Shown: positions 50,647 through 59,370, counted from the first letter of the stretch. The stretch: DNA of 64,000 nucleotides from Candidatus Kapaibacterium sp. (GCA_963665665.1 OY762428.1:4256001-4320000); one strand, 5' to 3'. The notes: generated from the letters alone by a model not told the origin. Numbers and translations are program-made.

Positions 50647-53265
50647 ATGAAGAAGATTCTTATCATTGCCATTATAATATTATTAAAATCAACAGGCCAC
50701 GCTCAGGACGACTATCAGAAAGGTGAATCGCCGTATTTCATTATTCGGGGAGGTGAAAATTCGATGCCCCTGCTGGACACCAGGGCTGATGTCAATATTG
50801 CAGCTACTATTGCCGACGTGAAAATCACCCAGGTTTACACTAACAAGGGTAAAAAACCGATAGAGGCAATTTACGTTTTCCCGGCATCAACCGGTGCTGC
50901 CATCCACGGGTTGACCATGACAATAAACGAAAGAGTAGTAAAAGCAAAAATTTCGAAAAAGGAAGATGCAAGAAAAACTTACGAGAAAGCCAAAAGTGAA
51001 GGAAAAAGAGCTTCCCTGCTGGAACAGAAAAGGCCAAACGTTTTTAAAATGAATATTGCGAATATTATGCCGGCTGATACTATTATCGTTGAATTAGAAT
51101 ATACCGAAAAGCTGCTGCCGGACGACGGGTTGTTCGAGTTCATGCTTCCGACTGTTGTCGGGCCGAGATTCAAACCCAAATCACCTGAAGGTGAAGACGA
51201 TTTCCCGGATATTAAATATCATTACGGAGAATCAAGTTATGACTTTGATATTAATATAAACCTGATGTCGGGTGTTCCGGTTCATGAAATGGAATGCCCA
51301 ACCCACAAGCTGGATATGACACAGCATTCTGACAGGCATTTGGAGCTATCTCTGGCAGAAAATCAGGAAAAGACTGGCAACAGGGATTTCGTTTTACGTT
51401 ATAGGCTTACCGGAGGACATATAGAATCAGGTTTGCTCCTTTCAGAAGGAGAAGTTGAGAATTTTTTTATGCTTACCCTCCAGCCTCCTGCAAGAGTTGG
51501 CGATGCCGAAATTATACCAAGAGAATATATTTTCGTTATGGATGTTTCCTATTCTATGGCGGGAGATCCCATAGAAATATCAAAAGAATTAATGTTCGAC
51601 TTATTGGACAGGCTGGGACCCAATGATATGTTCAATATTCAGTATTTCGCCTCAACTTCTTATATGATGTCTGAAACTTCACTTCCCGTTACTCCGGAAA
51701 ATATTGAATTTGCCAAAAAAGATATTTCTGAAAATTACGGCGGCGGCGGAACAAACCTTTATCATGCTTTGACCAAATCACTTGCAATCGATAAAAAAAC
51801 CGGTTACGCCAGATCATATATCATTGTTACGGACGGATACATATTAGTTGACGAAAAGGTCGTTGACCTGATCAGAGAAAACCTTAACAATGCAAACTTT
51901 TTTGCATTTGGAATAGGAAGCAGCGTGAACCGCTATCTGATAGAAGCTATTGCAAAATGCGGTTATGGCGAACCATTCGTGGTTCTTGATATGAGCGAAG
52001 CTGAAGATATTGCCGTAAAATTCAGTAAATATATAGAAGATCCTGTTCTTTCAGATATTGAAATAGATTTCGACGGACTGGATGTTTATGACGTGGAACC
52101 GGAAAATATTCCTGATGTATTTGGTACTCGTCCAATCAATATTGTTGGAAAATGGCGGGGTATTCCTGAAGGGGAAATTGAAGTATCCGGCCAGAGTTCT
52201 AAGGGAAAACTCAAAGTATCAATTCCACTTAAAGTATTCGTAAAAAAAGATACAAGTCAGGCTTTGAAGTACCTTTGGGCACGAGACAGGATTGAAGAAC
52301 TTGAACTTTTAAAAAAGGGACAGATAGCTTATACCGAAAAAGAAATAACCGACCTGGGGCTTAAATACGGATTGATGACCGAATATACTTCATTCGTGGC
52401 CGTAGATAATCAGATAGCAAATAAGAAAGGCAATCCGACAGTTGTTGAGCAGGACTTGCCCTTGCCGGAAAATGTTAGTTTTGGCAGGACTTCCTATGCT
52501 TCGTCCTATAGCGGAGGATATTCCGGTTACGGCGGAGGTGATGACGCTGTTGATAATCCTCTTATGCCAATTGCATATCGTAAACCTATCTACGTCGGAC
52601 CTGTTTTCGGGGTACACAGAACATTTATGAGTATTGAATCAGATTATGATGAAAATATTCTTAATAGTTTCAAAGCTGAAAATCTAAGCGGGAATGGCTG
52701 GAACATTGGACTTAGCTTCGAATACCTGCTTGGAAATATTAAAAATTCCAATTCGAGTATTATCGGAATTGTAAAATATGAGAGTATGAATGGAAAGGAT
52801 TATCATAATATCAATCCGGAGGATCTTGTTTTAAATATGCCGCAAATATCAGAACTTCCCGAATACGAAAGAATTGTTGATTTGCAGTTATTAGATATTA
52901 CCCTGCTTTACAAATACAACATGTTCAACAGCAACTTTGGAATAGCTGCAGGGCCTTCATTCAGTTTGATACTAGGAACAAATGACTATAGGGCAATAAA
53001 TTTGTTTGATGAAAATATATCATTCCCCAATGTTGACGGTTATAAACTTGACAATAATGGCCAAACTCTGATTTTACGTGATGGTGATGTTCCAGATGTC
53101 AATGCGTTCAGGATAGCCCTGAACTTCAGACTTCAATATGAAATACTTCTGGGCCGGATGTATATTGTTCCTTACGCCGGTTATCAGCTCGGATTAACTT
53201 CCCTGAGTCCTGCTATAAAACTAAATATGATTCACATAGGCACTGAAATCAGATTTGCCATCTGA
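50647..53265 (+). CDS. Secreted VIT + vWA protein with C-terminal outer-membrane beta-barrel
   Basis: VIT (ADVKITQVY.N...IEAIYVFP, ASLLEQ.RPNVF), MIDAS DVSYS/TDG, TSFVAVD, Gly/Tyr/Ser linker, then about 230 aa of barrel strands ending EIRFAI. Confidence 0.85.
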   Translation: MKKILIIAIIILLKSTGHAQDDYQKGESPYFIIRGGENSMPLLDTRADVNIAATIADVKITQVYTNKGKKPIEAIYVFPASTGAAIHGLTMTINERVVKAKISKKEDARKTYEKAKSEGKRASLLEQKRPNVFKMNIANIMPADTIIVELEYTEKLLPDDGLFEFMLPTVVGPRFKPKSPEGEDDFPDIKYHYGESSYDFDININLMSGVPVHEMECPTHKLDMTQHSDRHLELSLAENQEKTGNRDFVLRYRLTGGHIESGLLLSEGEVENFFMLTLQPPARVGDAEIIPREYIFVMDVSYSMAGDPIEISKELMFDLLDRLGPNDMFNIQYFASTSYMMSETSLPVTPENIEFAKKDISENYGGGGTNLYHALTKSLAIDKKTGYARSYIIVTDGYILVDEKVVDLIRENLNNANFFAFGIGSSVNRYLIEAIAKCGYGEPFVVLDMSEAEDIAVKFSKYIEDPVLSDIEIDFDGLDVYDVEPENIPDVFGTRPINIVGKWRGIPEGEIEVSGQSSKGKLKVSIPLKVFVKKDTSQALKYLWARDRIEELELLKKGQIAYTEKEITDLGLKYGLMTEYTSFVAVDNQIANKKGNPTVVEQDLPLPENVSFGRTSYASSYSGGYSGYGGGDDAVDNPLMPIAYRKPIYVGPVFGVHRTFMSIESDYDENILNSFKAENLSGNGWNIGLSFEYLLGNIKNSNSSIIGIVKYESMNGKDYHNINPEDLVLNMPQISELPEYERIVDLQLLDITLLYKYNMFNSNFGIAAGPSFSLILGTNDYRAINLFDENISFPNVDGYKLDNNGQTLILRDGDVPDVNAFRIALNFRLQYEILLGRMYIVPYAGYQLGLTSLSPAIKLNMIHIGTEIRFAI

Positions 53266-53281
53266 TACCCGGTGGTTATAC

Positions 53282-53319
53282 ATAATAACGAGCAGCTCTC
53301 TACGGGCTGCTTGTATTAT
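53282..53319 (+). terminator. Hairpin terminator (possibly bidirectional)
   Basis: ataataacgagcagctc/gggctgcttgtattat inverted repeat after stop. Confidence 0.65.
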
Positions 53320-53470
53320 TAAAATACGAATTACGGGTATAGATCCACAAATAAACAATGGAAAGAATATCCCGTTAAGCCGAGTTTTTGTATCCTGCTT
53401 CAGCTGAAAAATTCATCTCACGCAATTTGTATCGCTGCGTTCTAAAGTTTGGGCCTCAGATACCTTATAA

Positions 53471-53725
53471 AAGCAAAACAGCGGAAAAACCTATCAGCAG
53501 GAAGAATTTTATTATACTTCTGGCGGTTTTCTGAAAAATTTTGTAGATTACGATTATAGCAGAGACTACGAAGACCTTGAATGTGATATTATGACCTTAG
53601 ACAGTGACAAATGGGATTGGAGATACCTTAATCATAAGAACAAAGAGTTAAGGAATGGAATGAACAGAAACAGCATAAATATAAATCCATGGGAAACTAC
53701 AGGAAACGAAAAACAATTTGCATGA
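53471..53725 (+). pseudogene. Open frame without a 5' start codon, resembling an RHS/YD-repeat fragment
   Basis: 84 sense codons: ...EEFYYTSGGFLKNFVDYDY...DKWDWRY...; lies immediately upstream of RHS cassettes. Confidence 0.35.
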
Positions 53726-53808
53726 TTATTTTTGAAATCAGTATATTACATAATCGCTGAAAAATTAGTATATATAGAAAATAGTTCTTAAAATGGTGGT
53801 GAAATAAA

Positions 53809-54309
53809 ATGACTAAACATTCTAAGAAAATTGATGTACAAGGAACCAATATCAATATATTCGAAGATAATGTTGGCGATTTCCTTTCACTGACAGATAT
53901 GCTAAAAGCCAAGGATGGAGATTTCTTTATATCCGATTGGCTTAGGAACAGGAATACTGTGGAATTTCTCGGAATATGGGAAAAGGTGCATAATCCGGAT
54001 TTTAATTATGGCGAATTCGCCATAATTAGAAGTCAGGCAGGCCTGAATAGTTATAAGATCAGCGTAAAAAAATGGGTAAGAAAAACCAGTGCTGTCGGAT
54101 TGAGGTCAAAAGCCGGCAGGTACTGCGGAACTTATGTACACAAGGATATTGCATTTGTATTTGGTTATGCTGGAAATGCAGTTTTAATATTATATGGAGA
54201 TGAAATTGAAAGCGGTATAGATGATGCCGTTGATAGCATTTGGGAAAATATGTATCCGATGTTACAGGATATGGCTAATCCAAATACATATATAAACTTA
54301 AGCAGGTAA
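53809..54309 (+). pseudogene. Truncated KilA-N domain fused in frame to an unrelated ~48-aa tail
   Basis: DFLSLTDM...WLRNRNTVEFLG.WE..NP.F...GRY.GTY.HKDIAF is KilA-N; the expected continuation (EF..WISP.F) is replaced by VFGYAGNAVLILYG... Confidence 0.75.
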
Positions 54310-54315
54310 TGAAGA

Positions 54316-54792
54316 ATGAAAGGAAACATAATTTATTATTTATTCTATCGGTTTATTAATTCTTTCAGTGAAAAGGGAAATAAAATCAAAACAGAGGATA
54401 TAAACCATACAGCATGGATGGCAATGGGGAAAATTTCGATGATTGAGGGTTCATTCATATTATTTATTAGTTTAATATTTGCCTTTAATTTTCCAAATGA
54501 AATTGATACTTTTTTTAAACATCCCATTTTTAAATCATCAATTTTTACTTTTGCACCCATTCGTTCAGTTCCGATCATAATAGTACTACCATGGCTCTTA
54601 TTAATTTTTCTACAATATTTATTTTTGACTTTTAGAGGAAAAGCAATAAAAATAGTTGCCTACTATGATGAAAGATTTAATGAAACCAATGAAGAAAGAC
54701 AAACATATTGTTGGCGCTATAATTTTTATTGGGTTGTATTGAGTGCTCTTTTTATTTTTTTATCACTTATTACAGGTTTAATATTTAGATAA
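54316..54792 (+). CDS. AT-rich integral membrane protein, candidate immunity protein
   Basis: About 3 hydrophobic helices; starts 6 bp after the upstream chimeric ORF; within RHS cassette zone. Confidence 0.55.
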   Translation: MKGNIIYYLFYRFINSFSEKGNKIKTEDINHTAWMAMGKISMIEGSFILFISLIFAFNFPNEIDTFFKHPIFKSSIFTFAPIRSVPIIIVLPWLLLIFLQYLFLTFRGKAIKIVAYYDERFNETNEERQTYCWRYNFYWVVLSALFIFLSLITGLIFR

Positions 54793-54888
54793 CTTGAATT
54801 GACTAATAGTTTGAGGATAATGATTTGATGGAATTTTTGTTTTAGAGTCATCATGCGTTATATGTCAGGGATAAAAGAATAAAGGCGA

Positions 54889-56007
54889 ATGAACGAAAAC
54901 AGCATAAATACAGCCCCGAAAGCCATCCGGAATGATTCCCTTGCGGAATTATTTACATTCCATTCTCCTTATTCCTATGCTTTTAATAACCCCGTTAATT
55001 GGTCTTACCCTTCGGGGCTGGCACCGGAGAAAGCCGGGCATAAAGATAGAATTCTTGAGGAGGAAGAAGCTACGATTGTGGACGGAAAGCGTACCTTTAG
55101 AAATATTGATGTTACTGCTACTCGAATATATGAAGGAGCCAATATAAGATGTTGGGCAGGAGATATAAGACAGGAAGGACTTGGAATATTATTAGAAATT
55201 CAAACTGATAAGGAAAATATTTCTTACAAACTTGGGCAAACTGCCGCACAAATACGTGCTAATCTGGCTCTTGATAAAGCAGGAAATACAGCCTTAATTC
55301 GACTGGAAGCAGGATATGATTCTCCAGGTCCAAATCCAAACTCTGAAATCAAAGGGAACAGTAATGGAGCAGGATGTGGTGGCAGTAGCAATATTAGTAT
55401 TGATAAACCAATGAATTATATTTCCGGGAATAGAACTTCAAATGTTGTTTCGGATAATACCCAGGTTAATGTTGATCAATTTTCTCCCGAATATTATGAA
55501 CGCTCTCAACTTCAACAGCCCTCACCAAAAGATTTATGGAATTCTCCTATTGGAAGGTATTTCATTCCAGATTTTTTGGGTATTGGGATAGGATTTAATT
55601 GTATATCAGGAGGTGGAATTGGCGGAACAGTGGAATTAAGATGGGTAACAAGGGGAGATGACGCATCAGCAATTCCAGTTGTTACTGTAACTCCTGCGAT
55701 CGGAGGAGGGGGTGCTCTTGATTTTACACTTAATATTGAAACAGCTCATTATTTTGGACCTGTTGAAGAAATTAAGGGAAGTATGGTGGAGACGAATTCT
55801 ATAACATCTAATGCCGAGCCAACGTTTTTTATATCTGCTGGGGTAGCCTTATACGGTGGGTCAGTTGGAGGAACTTTAAATATTACACCTGTAAATGGTA
55901 CTTATATTATTGGAAGGGAACTTAATATCGGGCCAGCTGTTCCAACTGTTATTGAAGTTGCTGCTGGTCATAATAATACTTTTATTATCTATGATTTTAA
56001 AGATTAG
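54889..56007 (+). CDS. Orphan RHS core tip plus C-terminal toxin-like domain
   Basis: DSLAE...SPYSYAFNNPVNWSYPSGL (degenerate DPxG core end), linker, Gly-rich beta-strand C-terminal domain; no upstream RHS body. Confidence 0.8.
   Translation: MNENSINTAPKAIRNDSLAELFTFHSPYSYAFNNPVNWSYPSGLAPEKAGHKDRILEEEEATIVDGKRTFRNIDVTATRIYEGANIRCWAGDIRQEGLGILLEIQTDKENISYKLGQTAAQIRANLALDKAGNTALIRLEAGYDSPGPNPNSEIKGNSNGAGCGGSSNISIDKPMNYISGNRTSNVVSDNTQVNVDQFSPEYYERSQLQQPSPKDLWNSPIGRYFIPDFLGIGIGFNCISGGGIGGTVELRWVTRGDDASAIPVVTVTPAIGGGGALDFTLNIETAHYFGPVEEIKGSMVETNSITSNAEPTFFISAGVALYGGSVGGTLNITPVNGTYIIGRELNIGPAVPTVIEVAAGHNNTFIIYDFKD
54934..55375 (+). repeat. ~440-bp direct repeat, copy 1
   Basis: Matches 57048-57489 (offset 2114); 55096-55367 identical by eye. 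Confidence 0.92.
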
Positions 56008-56014
56008 CGAATAT

Positions 56015-56398
56015 ATGAAAAAAAATATTATTGGGGAATTGTTGATTTATGTATTTTTATTCATTGTTTTTGTTCTTGCTGTATTAACTTCATTGTTACT
56101 TCAGCGTGAGAACGATACTAAATATAATGTTTACTATCATAAATTTGATACGACAAGAATCAACGGAATGTTATTAAAGGTTTTTGATACAAGACATGGA
56201 ACGAAGATATCAATTAAAAATTATAGGGATGATTTCTTGTTTCGGACAAAGAACTTTTTAAATGATGATATTCCTTTTTTTTATAAGATTGCTAAGAGAG
56301 GAGATTCAATATTCAAACCAGCTTACTCTAAATATATTAAACTTATCAAAATTGATGGGAGACAATATGATTTTAAAATCAAAGATTATAGTGAATGA
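56015..56398 (+). CDS. Single-TM exported protein, candidate immunity protein
   Basis: Starts 7 bp after the toxin stop; MKKNIIG + TM + small beta domain (A.RGDSIFKPAYS..I.L.K). Confidence 0.6.
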   Translation: MKKNIIGELLIYVFLFIVFVLAVLTSLLLQRENDTKYNVYYHKFDTTRINGMLLKVFDTRHGTKISIKNYRDDFLFRTKNFLNDDIPFFYKIAKRGDSIFKPAYSKYIKLIKIDGRQYDFKIKDYSE

Positions 56399-56837
56399 AT
56401 GTAAAATATTTTTTATCTTTTTCGTTTTATTTTTTTTACTCTCTTCTTGTACGAATCCTCAAAAAAGGCAAGAAGCAAGATTAAAAGCAGATAAATTAAT
56501 TGAAAAAATTGCTAGTGGAAATGCAATTTCAGAGTTTTCCGAAGAACTTTTTCCTAACAGGAATTATATTTCTAATTCTTTAAAAAACCTCAAAGAATTT
56601 TGTGATTTTAAGAATCGTAAAGGTCATTTTATTAATGATTTTTATCAAAAGGGTCCAAACTATGACAGGGTATCTTTTATTTATGAATATTATCTCAAAT
56701 GTGATAGTATCAGATTTATTATTTCATATGATATAACAAATGAGATAAATTTAGTTGCTTTCCAATTAGAAGGAATAGAAAAGGATAATCCAATGATTAT
56801 TTATCCTGAAAAAAGACTGCCTGTAAAAAAAGATTAA
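56367..56837 (+). CDS. Lipoprotein, candidate second or orphan immunity protein
   Basis: Lipobox LSSC; overlaps the previous stop; start may be ATG 56367 or GTG 56391. Confidence 0.6.
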   Translation: MILKSKIIVNECKIFFIFFVLFFLLSSCTNPQKRQEARLKADKLIEKIASGNAISEFSEELFPNRNYISNSLKNLKEFCDFKNRKGHFINDFYQKGPNYDRVSFIYEYYLKCDSIRFIISYDITNEINLVAFQLEGIEKDNPMIIYPEKRLPVKKD

Positions 56838-56860
56838 TTTACATACGATGATTATACTGC

Positions 56861-56888
56861 AAAATCCGGGAAGATTTTTCCGGATTTT
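56861..56888 (+). terminator. Hairpin after immunity genes
   Basis: aaaatccgg...ccggatttt inverted repeat. Confidence 0.5.
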
Positions 56889-56954
56889 CATTGCTTTTCG
56901 GGAAATTAATTCTTATATTTTTAATTATTATTATGATGCGGGTTGGACTGAATT

Positions 56955-57512
56955 GTGAAATTTGTTTTTCAACAAAATAATTTTTGGAAAAGAATCTCCT
57001 TTGCCGGGAATACCGACTTCTATGATTGGCATTATAAATCATCTGCCGATCCTCTTGCGGAATTATTTACATTCAATTCTCCATATTCCTATGCTTTTAA
57101 TAACCCCGTGAACTGGTCTGATCCGTCAGGACTGGCTCCGGAGAAAGCCGGGCATAAGGATAAAATTCTGGAGATGGAAGAAGCTATGATTGTGGATGGA
57201 AAACGTACATTTAGAAATATTGATGTTACTGCTACTCGAATATATGAAGGAGCCAATATAAGATGTTGGGCAGGAGATATAAGACAGGAAGGACTTGGAA
57301 TATTATTAGAAATTCAAACTGATAAGGAAAATATTTCTTACAAACTTGGGCAAACTGCCGCACAAATACGTGCTAATCTGGCTCTTGATAAAGCAGGAAA
57401 TACAGCCTTAATTCGACTGGAAGCAGGATATGATTCTCCAGGTCCAAATCCAAACTCTGAAATCAAAGGGAACAGTAATGGTGCTGGATATGTTACTGTT
57501 CCAAGTCTGTAG
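56955..57512 (+). pseudogene. Second RHS core tip, truncated before its toxin domain
   Basis: ADPLAE...SPYSYAFNNPVNWSDPSGL, then the duplicated linker; breaks at ~57490. Confidence 0.8.
57048..57489 (+). repeat. ~440-bp direct repeat, copy 2
   Basis: Matches 54934-55375. Confidence 0.92.
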
Positions 57513-57859
57513 CGGTCTGAGAGGAAATCATACACTTCCTGACCTCTCGCCAGGTCAAAAGCGCTGTTGTATAGGATCACATCTCCGATAGCCCCGTTGA
57601 AAGTACATGAGTAAGTTTCGCCTGTGTTGTAGTCGTGGAAGCATGTTCTTGCAGCCCCGCCGGTTTCGGTAAGGCCCTGCACGAAGTTCTGCACAATGTT
57701 TGCCGGAACCAGTTCCTGCTTTTTTCGTTCCATTCTGGAAATCTGACTTTTACTGCTCATGTTAAGAAGCCGTGCAGCATTTTCCTGGCTAAGCCCGAAA
57801 TATTCCCTCAGTCGTCGGAATTCTTCTCCTGTCAGTGGAGGTAGGTTGTCGTGAAACAT
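57338..57859 (-). CDS. XRE-type HTH protein with chimeric C-terminus
   Basis: LTGEEFRRLREYFGLSQENAARLL..SSKSQISRMER HTH, then a LamG-like fragment, then read-through into the antisense RHS repeat. Confidence 0.65.
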   Translation of the reverse strand: MFHDNLPPLTGEEFRRLREYFGLSQENAARLLNMSSKSQISRMERKKQELVPANIVQNFVQGLTETGGAARTCFHDYNTGETYSCTFNGAIGDVILYNSAFDLARGQEVYDFLSDRYRLGTVTYPAPLLFPLISEFGFGPGESYPASSRIKAVFPALSRARLARICAAVCPSL

Positions 57860-57895
57860 AATTTGTCTTTCTATTATTAATTATATGTTCGTGTT

Positions 57896-58126
57896 TCATG
57901 TTTGATTGAAGCTATTCATGAATATAACTATCTTATAGTTAAAAATAAGATAATTTATATTCGCTTTAAATAAATTGCGTTCATAATCGCTCTCAGTGCG
58001 GTTTTCAAAGGCTTGCACAACTAAAACCATTGCCGGAGTAACAAGTGCTGATAGCGGACGTATACGGCGCTAATTCCAAGTCAGGCAGTAATTTCCCGGA
58101 TTATATCCCAAAAAAACAGCTTTCAT
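57896..58126 (-). pseudogene. Translationally coupled 77-codon frame with internal TAG, possible RelE/HigB-like remnant
   Basis: SD ggagg plus ATGA overlap with upstream stop; MKAVFLGYNPGNYCLTWN*RRIRPLSALVTPAMVLVVQAFENRTESDYER... Confidence 0.3.
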
Positions 58127-58509
58127 AGTTCCTCCTGGGCATTCGGGAACAATTTCTGGGCTGATTCAAGGAAACGGAAAAGCTCGTCCGTGAGTTCTTT
58201 CAGGATTTCATCACTGAGTTTGATTTCATTCATGCAGGCAAATGCCAGCATAAGAAAATCCTGAAGATAGCTGCGGTAGAAATCAGGACTGGCAAGAACT
58301 TCGTGTTCCATGCTCAGGCGTTTTGTTTCATGCTGCTTTCTCATCATATCGGCAAGGTGGTCAATGGCCTCTTTTTCCGGAGCGAGAGGGAAAAGTATTG
58401 CTGACGGCAAATTATTTTTCGTCAGGCAGGCAAAACCCAGCTTTTCACTTACCCTTACGAGCTGTGAAATTCCCATTTTCGAGGCTTCGTTCATTGCGAA
58501 ATTTTGCAT
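58123..58509 (-). CDS. Hypothetical protein with Phd/YefM-like N-terminus
   Basis: M..FAMNEASKMGISQLV......ACLTKNNLPSAILFP matches the Phd/YefM pattern; helical C-terminus. Confidence 0.5.
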   Translation of the reverse strand: MQNFAMNEASKMGISQLVRVSEKLGFACLTKNNLPSAILFPLAPEKEAIDHLADMMRKQHETKRLSMEHEVLASPDFYRSYLQDFLMLAFACMNEIKLSDEILKELTDELFRFLESAQKLFPNAQEEL

Positions 58510-58777
58510 AATTGTTTAACCTTGTTTATTGATGTAAAATACTGTATTACCCATATAAACCAATGGCTTATAATTGTAATATACGAAAAATATTTCAATA
58601 TATTTCAATGTATATGAAAATTTATTTTAAGATTTGTATATTCCTCCCCTTGCCTTTCTCCTGAAAATTTGCAATATTAAGAATTGAATGCTCGCGGGGG
58701 AGTATTCCGGCAATGGCAGAGAGAAGGGCAGGAAAAAATTTAATCAAAGCGGTAGCCGAAAGTTGCTTTTGGTTTCT

Positions 58778-58805
58778 AAAAAAAGCTGCCCCGCTTTGGG
58801 ACAGC
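58778..58805 (-). terminator. Intrinsic terminator after IPTL-CTERM gene
   Basis: Minus strand gctgtccc-aaagc-ggggcagc followed by T7. Confidence 0.8.
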
Positions 58806-58830
58806 ATTTATTCTAAATTGAATTATGTCA

Positions 58831-59370
58831 TCAAACTAATTTCGTTGCCTTGTAAGTACCGAAAATTACAAGCAGGGAACCGAGAAGGATTGCAGCCCAC
58901 TCACCGAGTGTCGGGATGAGCGGCGGGGGAGGCGCTGAGAAGAAGCCCCATACTGAGAACTCATTAACATTTCTCACTCTAATTAATAATTTATCGCCTT
59001 CATCGGTTACATTTATATTTTCAGTATTGATCTTGTGAAGAATCCCTTCATGGATACGGTAAAGTGGCAGATTGCTAAGGTCTGCACCTGATTTCAACGA
59101 GCTTATCGGCAGTTGGAATGTTATCGTAGCATTTAGGTTCGAAGGTGCTTCGATCTGCCAGAGAATACCGGCAATATTTATATCCCGATCATCTTCTATT
59201 AGATTTATCCGGTATTCGGACTGCCTTTCGGATTCTACAATCAGACTATAAGTTCGGCCATTCAATTGCCTGCTGTATTCCTGAGCGGGACGTCCACCCT
59301 TTATCGCTTCAGCCAAGGACAGACTTTGGGATGCGACCAGTACAATTATTATTAATAATAGTTTTTTCAT
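58831..59370 (-). CDS. Small secreted protein with IPTL-CTERM sorting domain
   Basis: SD gaggt, signal peptide, one beta domain, PPPP linker, IPTLGEWAAILLGSLL TM and basic tail. Confidence 0.88.
   Translation of the reverse strand: MKKLLLIIIVLVASQSLSLAEAIKGGRPAQEYSRQLNGRTYSLIVESERQSEYRINLIEDDRDINIAGILWQIEAPSNLNATITFQLPISSLKSGADLSNLPLYRIHEGILHKINTENINVTDEGDKLLIRVRNVNEFSVWGFFSAPPPPLIPTLGEWAAILLGSLLVIFGTYKATKLV

Noticed and set aside
53365-53445. Minus-strand resemblance to the 3' end of RNase P RNA (hairpin, AGATGAAT...ACAAAAACTCGGCTTA)
   Set aside because: No 5' GAGGAAAGTCC or other conserved regions upstream, and the motif has an extra base. At most a fragment or a chance match; an Infernal search would settle it.
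54934-57489. Direct repeat as DGR template/variable region pair
   Set aside because: Mismatches are not adenine-specific (many T/C and T/G third-position changes) and no reverse transcriptase is in the window
58070-58072. In-frame TAG as pyrrolysine or recoded stop
   Set aside because: Other genes here end normally at TAG (e.g. 38195, 49708, 56007) and no pyl genes are present; a nonsense mutation is simpler
58713-58919. 68-aa plus-strand ORF and the many other short antisense ORFs in the track
   Set aside because: They overlap well-supported genes or terminators and show no family motifs; treated as shadow ORFs
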